IMG/VR virus record: IMGVR_UViG_2534681831_000032
Strand: one strand, 5' to 3'
DNA length: 2,910 bases
Source: a virus
Taxonomy: Duplodnaviria; Heunggongvirae; Uroviricota; Caudoviricetes
The stretch's first letter is position 1. Each line of letters starts with the position of its first letter. Shown here in pieces: positions 1 through 2,910 of the stretch. Both the position numbers and the translations under genes were made by a program. Under the pieces are notes generated by a model that was not told the origin of the DNA, searched no databases, and saw only the letters and a list, made by a program, of their open reading frames with translations.

Positions 1-2
1 AC

Positions 3-515
3 AAATACATTACTGAATACCTGACTACAAAGGGCGTGTTTGAGAATGAAGAAACAGACCTGGGCACTGTTGATGTTCTCCAGTCATCAGAAACACAAAC
101 TGATGCAGTGGAAACTGAGGTATCTGATATCCCAAAAAATGAAACCGCGCCGGAAGCTGAACCATCTGTAGAGCGTGAGGGGCCGTTCTATTTCCTCTTC
201 GCAGATAAGGACGGAGAAAAATACGGTCGCGCAAACAAACTTTCTGGTCTGGATAAGGCACTGGCTGCTGGCGCCACTGAAATCACAAAAGAAGAATATT
301 TTGCCCGAAAAAATGGCACATACACGGGCTTACCGCAAAATGTAGATACCGCTGAAGATTCAGAACAACCAGAGCCGATAAAAGTTACCGCTGACGAAGT
401 AACAAAATTATGCAGGCAGCCAATATCAGCCAGCCTGACGCCGATAAGTTGCTTGCTGCCTCTCGCGGAGAATTTGTTGCAGGGATTAGCGACCCGAATG
501 ATCCGAAATGGGTAA
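3..515 (+). CDS. Hypothetical acidic protein, 5'-partial (reading frame open to the left window edge; annotated GTG at 36 is probably internal)
   Basis: Frame 0 is open from position 3 to the TAA at 513-515 (about 171 codons, no stop). The ORF-track start (GTG at 36) is preceded by in-frame sense codons back to the window edge, so the gene most likely begins upstream. The product is strongly acidic (E/D/T/S-rich, e.g. [29 protein letters not shown]). The last ~35 codons (about 411-512) are rich in codons that are rare in enterobacteria (AGG, ATA, TTA, TTG, CGA) and overlap the next ORF, so the true 3' end is uncertain. Confidence 0.5.
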   Translation, partial: KYITEYLTTKGVFENEETDLGTVDVLQSSETQTDAVETEVSDIPKNETAPEAEPSVEREGPFYFLFADKDGEKYGRANKLSGLDKALAAGATEITKEEYFARKNGTYTGLPQNVDTAEDSEQPEPIKVTADEVTKLCRQPISASLTPISCLLPLAENLLQGLATRMIRNG

Positions 516-1489
516 AGGGGATTGAAACCCGCGATTCTGTAAACCAGAACCAGCAAGAATCGGAACAGAACGACCAGAAAGCGGAACAAAACAGCCCAAA
601 TACGCAACAAAACGAGCCAGAAACGAAACAACCTGAGCCAGTAGCGCAACAGGAACCGGAAAAAGTCTGCACCGCCTGCGGTCAGACCGGCGGCGGCAAC
701 TGCCCTGATTGTGGCGCGGTGATGGGCGACGCAACATACCAGGAAACATTCGATGAAGAGTATCAGGTTGAAGTTCAGGAAGATGATCCGGAGGAAATGG
801 AAGGCGCTGAACATCCACACAAGGAGAACACTGACGGCAATCAGCATCACGATAGCGATAATGAAACTGGCGAGACGGCAGATCACTCAATTAAGGTGAA
901 CGGTCATCAAGAAATCACATCCACCAGCAGGACGTGTGACCATCTAATGATCGACCTTGAAACCATGGGAAAAAATCCTGATGCCCCGATCATCTCAATA
1001 GGTGCAATATTTTTCGATCCGCAAACCGGAGATATGGGACCGGAATTTAGTAAGACTATCGATCTGGAAACTGCTGGCGGGGTCATTGATCGGGACACCA
1101 TTAAATGGTGGCTTAAGCAATCACGCGAAGCGCAATCTGCCATTATGACCGATGAAATCCCGTTAGATGATGCACTGTTACAATTGCGGGAATTTATCGA
1201 CGAAAACTCCGGTGAATTTTTTGTTCAGGTCTGGGGAAATGGAGCCAACTTCGACAACACGATTTTGCGCCGTTCATACGAACGGCAGGGGATCCCCTGC
1301 CCGTGGCGTTACTACAACGATCGCGATGTACGCACAATCGTTGAGCTGGGGAAAGCCATAGACTTCGATGCCAGAACGGCTATTCCATTCGAAGGTGAGC
1401 GCCATAATGCACTTGATGACGCCCGTTACCAGGCAAAATACGTTTCAGTTATCTGGCAAAAACTGATCCCGAATCAGGCTGATTTTTAA
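410..1489 (+). CDS. DEDDh-family 3'-5' exonuclease (DnaQ/RNase T-like) with an N-terminal acidic low-complexity region and a CxxC-x7-CxxC zinc-knuckle motif
   Basis: Frame 2 is open for 359 codons from ATG 410 to TAA 1487-1489. The C-terminal domain carries the three exonuclease motifs: Exo I (MIDLETMG, D182 at 953-955 and E184 at 959-961), Exo II (WGNGANFD, D282 at 1253-1255) and Exo III ([14 protein letters not shown]332 at 1403-1405 and D337 at 1418-1420, an H-x4-D pattern that resembles the DnaQ epsilon-subunit motif as recalled). The N-terminal ~180 aa are acidic and Q/N/E/P-rich and contain C87/C90/C98/C101 (668-712, [16 protein letters not shown]). The start is uncertain: alternative in-frame starts are GTG 718, ATG 721 and ATG 947, and no start has a convincing Shine-Dalgarno sequence. 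Confidence 0.8.
   Translation: MQAANISQPDADKLLAASRGEFVAGISDPNDPKWVKGIETRDSVNQNQQESEQNDQKAEQNSPNTQQNEPETKQPEPVAQQEPEKVCTACGQTGGGNCPDCGAVMGDATYQETFDEEYQVEVQEDDPEEMEGAEHPHKENTDGNQHHDSDNETGETADHSIKVNGHQEITSTSRTCDHLMIDLETMGKNPDAPIISIGAIFFDPQTGDMGPEFSKTIDLETAGGVIDRDTIKWWLKQSREAQSAIMTDEIPLDDALLQLREFIDENSGEFFVQVWGNGANFDNTILRRSYERQGIPCPWRYYNDRDVRTIVELGKAIDFDARTAIPFEGERHNALDDARYQAKYVSVIWQKLIPNQADF
540..665 (+). repeat. T-poor, A/C/G-rich imperfect short-repeat tract (CAGAAC/GAACAG-like units) encoding a Q/N/E/P-rich low-complexity linker
   Basis: Read directly: cagaaccagcaagaatcggaacagaacgaccagaaagcggaacaaaacagcccaaatacgcaacaaaacgagccagaaacgaaacaacctgagcca. It translates in frame 2 to [40 protein letters not shown]. 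It is a compositionally biased coding tract, not a tandem repeat of exact copies. Confidence 0.6.
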
Positions 1490-1553
1490 TGTTCAACCCC
1501 GGTCGTTGCCCACCAGCTATAGTGGCGGCGACCATGATTAGCGAACGACGCTC

Positions 1554-1802
1554 ATGGCAAGACTTATTCTGCTCACTGAGTGGGCAAAAGAGGAATTCAG
1601 TGAACCGGTCCCAACTCCGAGTACGTTAAGTAAATACGCTAAAGCCGGAATGATATTTCCTCTCCCCAAAAAAGTTGGAAGACGCTGGCGAGTGGATCCG
1701 CAAGCTCGCTTTGTCGGAATGGTAAACAAGCCGGAGGTGATCGCCACAGATCACCCTGCTTTGAAGAGGATACTGGAAGATGGCGCGCCCGCGAAAATAT
1801 AA
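1554..1802 (+). CDS. xis: Excisionase (lambda Xis-like recombination directionality factor)
   Basis: An 82-aa ORF (ATG 1554, TAA 1800-1802) lies immediately upstream of the integrase and overlaps it by 23 bp, as lambda xis overlaps int by about 20 bp. Its sequence resembles lambda Xis as recalled: N-terminal LILLTEWAK against lambda LTLQEWNAR, and IFPLPKKVGRRWRV against lambda IFPPPVKDGREYLF. Size and basic character fit a small DNA-binding protein. Confidence 0.8.
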   Translation: MARLILLTEWAKEEFSEPVPTPSTLSKYAKAGMIFPLPKKVGRRWRVDPQARFVGMVNKPEVIATDHPALKRILEDGAPAKI

Positions 1803-2910
1803 AACCGATGTTCCGGGATTATCTCCGTATTTTGACAAAAGAAATAACAAAGTTTACTGGCGTTACAGGCATCCCATAACAGGCAAAAATCACGGTCTCG
1901 GCAGTATTGACCAGAAACTGGCAGAAACTATTGCAGCAGAAGCGAACAGCCGTCTTGCCCGGCAGCAAATGGAACAAATGCTCAGTCTGCAGGAGAAAAT
2001 TATTAGTGATACCGGCGGTTCATCAACCGTTACCATTTTTCTGAATAATTACAGAAAAATTCAACAGGAAAGATATGAAAACGGCGAGATCAAACTCAAC
2101 ACGCTGAAACAGAAAGCGGCCCCTCTCAGGGTATTTGATGAACGTTTTGGCACCAGACCGTTAGATGCCATAACCGTAAAAGATGTGGTATCAGTACTGG
2201 AAGAGTACAAGGCCAGAGGACATAACAGAATGGGACAAATTTTCAGGAAAGTACTGATCGATGTTTTCCGGGAAGCTCAGCAAACGGGCGATGTCCCGCC
2301 AGGCTTTAACCCTGCAGAATCTGCAAAAAAACCGCAGGTGCGGATATCAAGACAGCGACTGACTTTTGATGAGTGGATGATGATTTATAACGCAGCGGAA
2401 AAGGATGGTTACTTTTTACAGCGCGGTATGCTGCTGGCACTGATGACAGGCCAGCGCCTTTCAGATATTTGCAAAATGCAATTTTCGGATATCCGGGATG
2501 GTTATCTTCATGTCGAACAGCAAAAAACAGGAACCCGGATTGCCATCCCTCTGGCTCTGCGTTGCGATAAATTAAATCTCACCCTGGATGATGTGGTGTC
2601 ATCCTGCCGCGATTGCGTTCTTAGTCCGTGGCTATTGCACCACCATCACGCGAAAGGGACAGCTAAGCGCGGCGGGATGGTTAAGCCAGCAACATTAACC
2701 GTTGCATTTAAAAAAGCCCGGGATTCTGTGGATTACAACTGGCGTGCTAATGGCACCCCTCCCTCTTTCCATGAGCAGAGATCTTTATCAGAGCGATTGT
2801 TCAGAGAGCAGGGGGTTGATACCAAAATTTTGCTAGGCCATTCGAATCAAAAAATGACCGATATTTACAACGACGCACGCGGTAAGGAATGGAAAAAACT
2901 GGTCATTTGA
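1780..2910 (+). CDS. int: Lambda-family tyrosine site-specific integrase (complete)
   Basis: A 376-aa ORF (ATG 1780, TGA 2908-2910). The N-terminal arm-binding region RPRKYKTDVPGLSPYFDKRNNKVYWRYRHPITGKNHGLG parallels lambda Int RRRSHERRDLPPNLYIRNNGYYCYRDPRTGKEFGLG. The catalytic domain holds the conserved residues in lambda-like context: R226 (TGQRLSDICKMQFSDI, 2455-2457), K249 (VEQQKTG), H331-x-x-R334 (HEQRSLSERLF, 2770-2781), H354 (LLGHSNQKMT) and the nucleophile Y363 (DIYNDARGKEW, 2866-2868). The C-terminus is co-linear with the lambda Int C-terminus (HELRSLSARLY...LLGHKSDTMASQYRDDRGREW). Confidence 0.95.
   Translation: MARPRKYKTDVPGLSPYFDKRNNKVYWRYRHPITGKNHGLGSIDQKLAETIAAEANSRLARQQMEQMLSLQEKIISDTGGSSTVTIFLNNYRKIQQERYENGEIKLNTLKQKAAPLRVFDERFGTRPLDAITVKDVVSVLEEYKARGHNRMGQIFRKVLIDVFREAQQTGDVPPGFNPAESAKKPQVRISRQRLTFDEWMMIYNAAEKDGYFLQRGMLLALMTGQRLSDICKMQFSDIRDGYLHVEQQKTGTRIAIPLALRCDKLNLTLDDVVSSCRDCVLSPWLLHHHHAKGTAKRGGMVKPATLTVAFKKARDSVDYNWRANGTPPSFHEQRSLSERLFREQGVDTKILLGHSNQKMTDIYNDARGKEWKKLVI

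Larger units (their letters stand above)
1..2910 (+). mobile_element. Lambdoid phage/prophage segment: accessory genes plus the xis-int integration module (partial; continues beyond both window edges)
   Basis: The order accessory gene(s) -> xis -> int, co-directional with a xis/int overlap, reproduces the lambda early-left operon terminus. A lambda-family integrase and excisionase are hallmark mobile-element genes. Confidence 0.75.

Noticed and set aside
25-261. Minus-strand 78-aa ORF at the left edge
   Set aside because: It lies antisense to the open frame-0 acidic ORF and has no supporting features.
308-314. A7 homopolymer tracts (308-314 and 2325-2331) and an A6 tract (134-139) as phase-variation or slippage switches
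   Set aside because: All lie within frames that read through cleanly with sensible protein sequence on both sides (YFARKNGTY and the int SAKKPQ region). Nothing suggests a frame change at these sites.
404-410. Possible programmed -1 ribosomal frameshift site joining frame 0 to frame 2
   Set aside because: The local sequence (A AAA TTA) does not fit the X XXY YYZ slippery heptamer, and no obvious downstream pseudoknot or stem was seen. A mutational or sequencing frameshift, or a genuine two-gene overlap, is more plausible than programmed recoding. The frameshift question itself is kept as a finding.
188-886. Long minus-strand ORFs (188..886, 385..672, 486..890), up to 232 aa
   Set aside because: They lie antisense to the acidic/Q-E-rich + strand coding sequence. 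Their products are F/L/R/C-rich low-complexity sequence, as expected from the reverse complement of GAA/CAG/GAC-rich codons. No motifs are present, and they conflict with better-supported + strand genes.
1501-1533. Rho-independent terminator after the exonuclease gene
   Set aside because: An imperfect stem-loop exists but no U-rich tract follows it, and co-transcription into xis-int is expected by analogy with lambda.
1490-1780. Lambda pI-type cII-activated promoter (TTGC-N6-TTGC) in or before xis
   Set aside because: There is no TTGC-N6-TTGC direct repeat in the xis coding region. Only a single TTGC (1506-1509) lies upstream, and the nearby TTGCCC/TATAGT pair is spaced about 6 bp apart, far from the 16-18 bp needed for a sigma70 promoter.
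907-1850. Minus-strand ORFs 907..1143, 1538..1747 and 1626..1850, and the + strand 64-aa ORF 1167..1361
   Set aside because: All are embedded within or antisense to the motif-supported exonuclease, xis and int genes in other frames. They are short and have no recognisable features, so they are most likely frame shadows.
1-2910. tRNA, rRNA or CRISPR array
   Set aside because: No cloverleaf-like conserved tRNA elements and no regularly spaced direct repeats were seen. The whole window is accounted for by + strand protein-coding sequence and one 64-bp spacer.

Overview
The window is the integration-module end of a lambda-family (lambdoid) phage or prophage, with every supportable gene on the + strand. 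Left to right: the 3' part of an acidic ORF that runs off the left edge (3..515); a 359-codon ORF (410..1489) whose C-terminal ~180 aa carry the three motifs of a DEDDh (DnaQ/RNase T-like) 3'-5' exonuclease, preceded by an acidic Q/N/E/P-rich low-complexity tract and a CxxC-x7-CxxC zinc-knuckle motif; an 82-aa lambda-like excisionase (1554..1802); and a complete 376-aa lambda-family tyrosine integrase (1780..2910) overlapping xis by 23 bp. No tRNA, rRNA or CRISPR array is evident. The most unusual element is the N-terminally extended exonuclease just upstream of xis, together with a 106-bp out-of-frame overlap with the upstream ORF that may mark a frameshift or gene fusion. All identifications rest on by-eye motif and recalled-sequence comparison; no database search was run.
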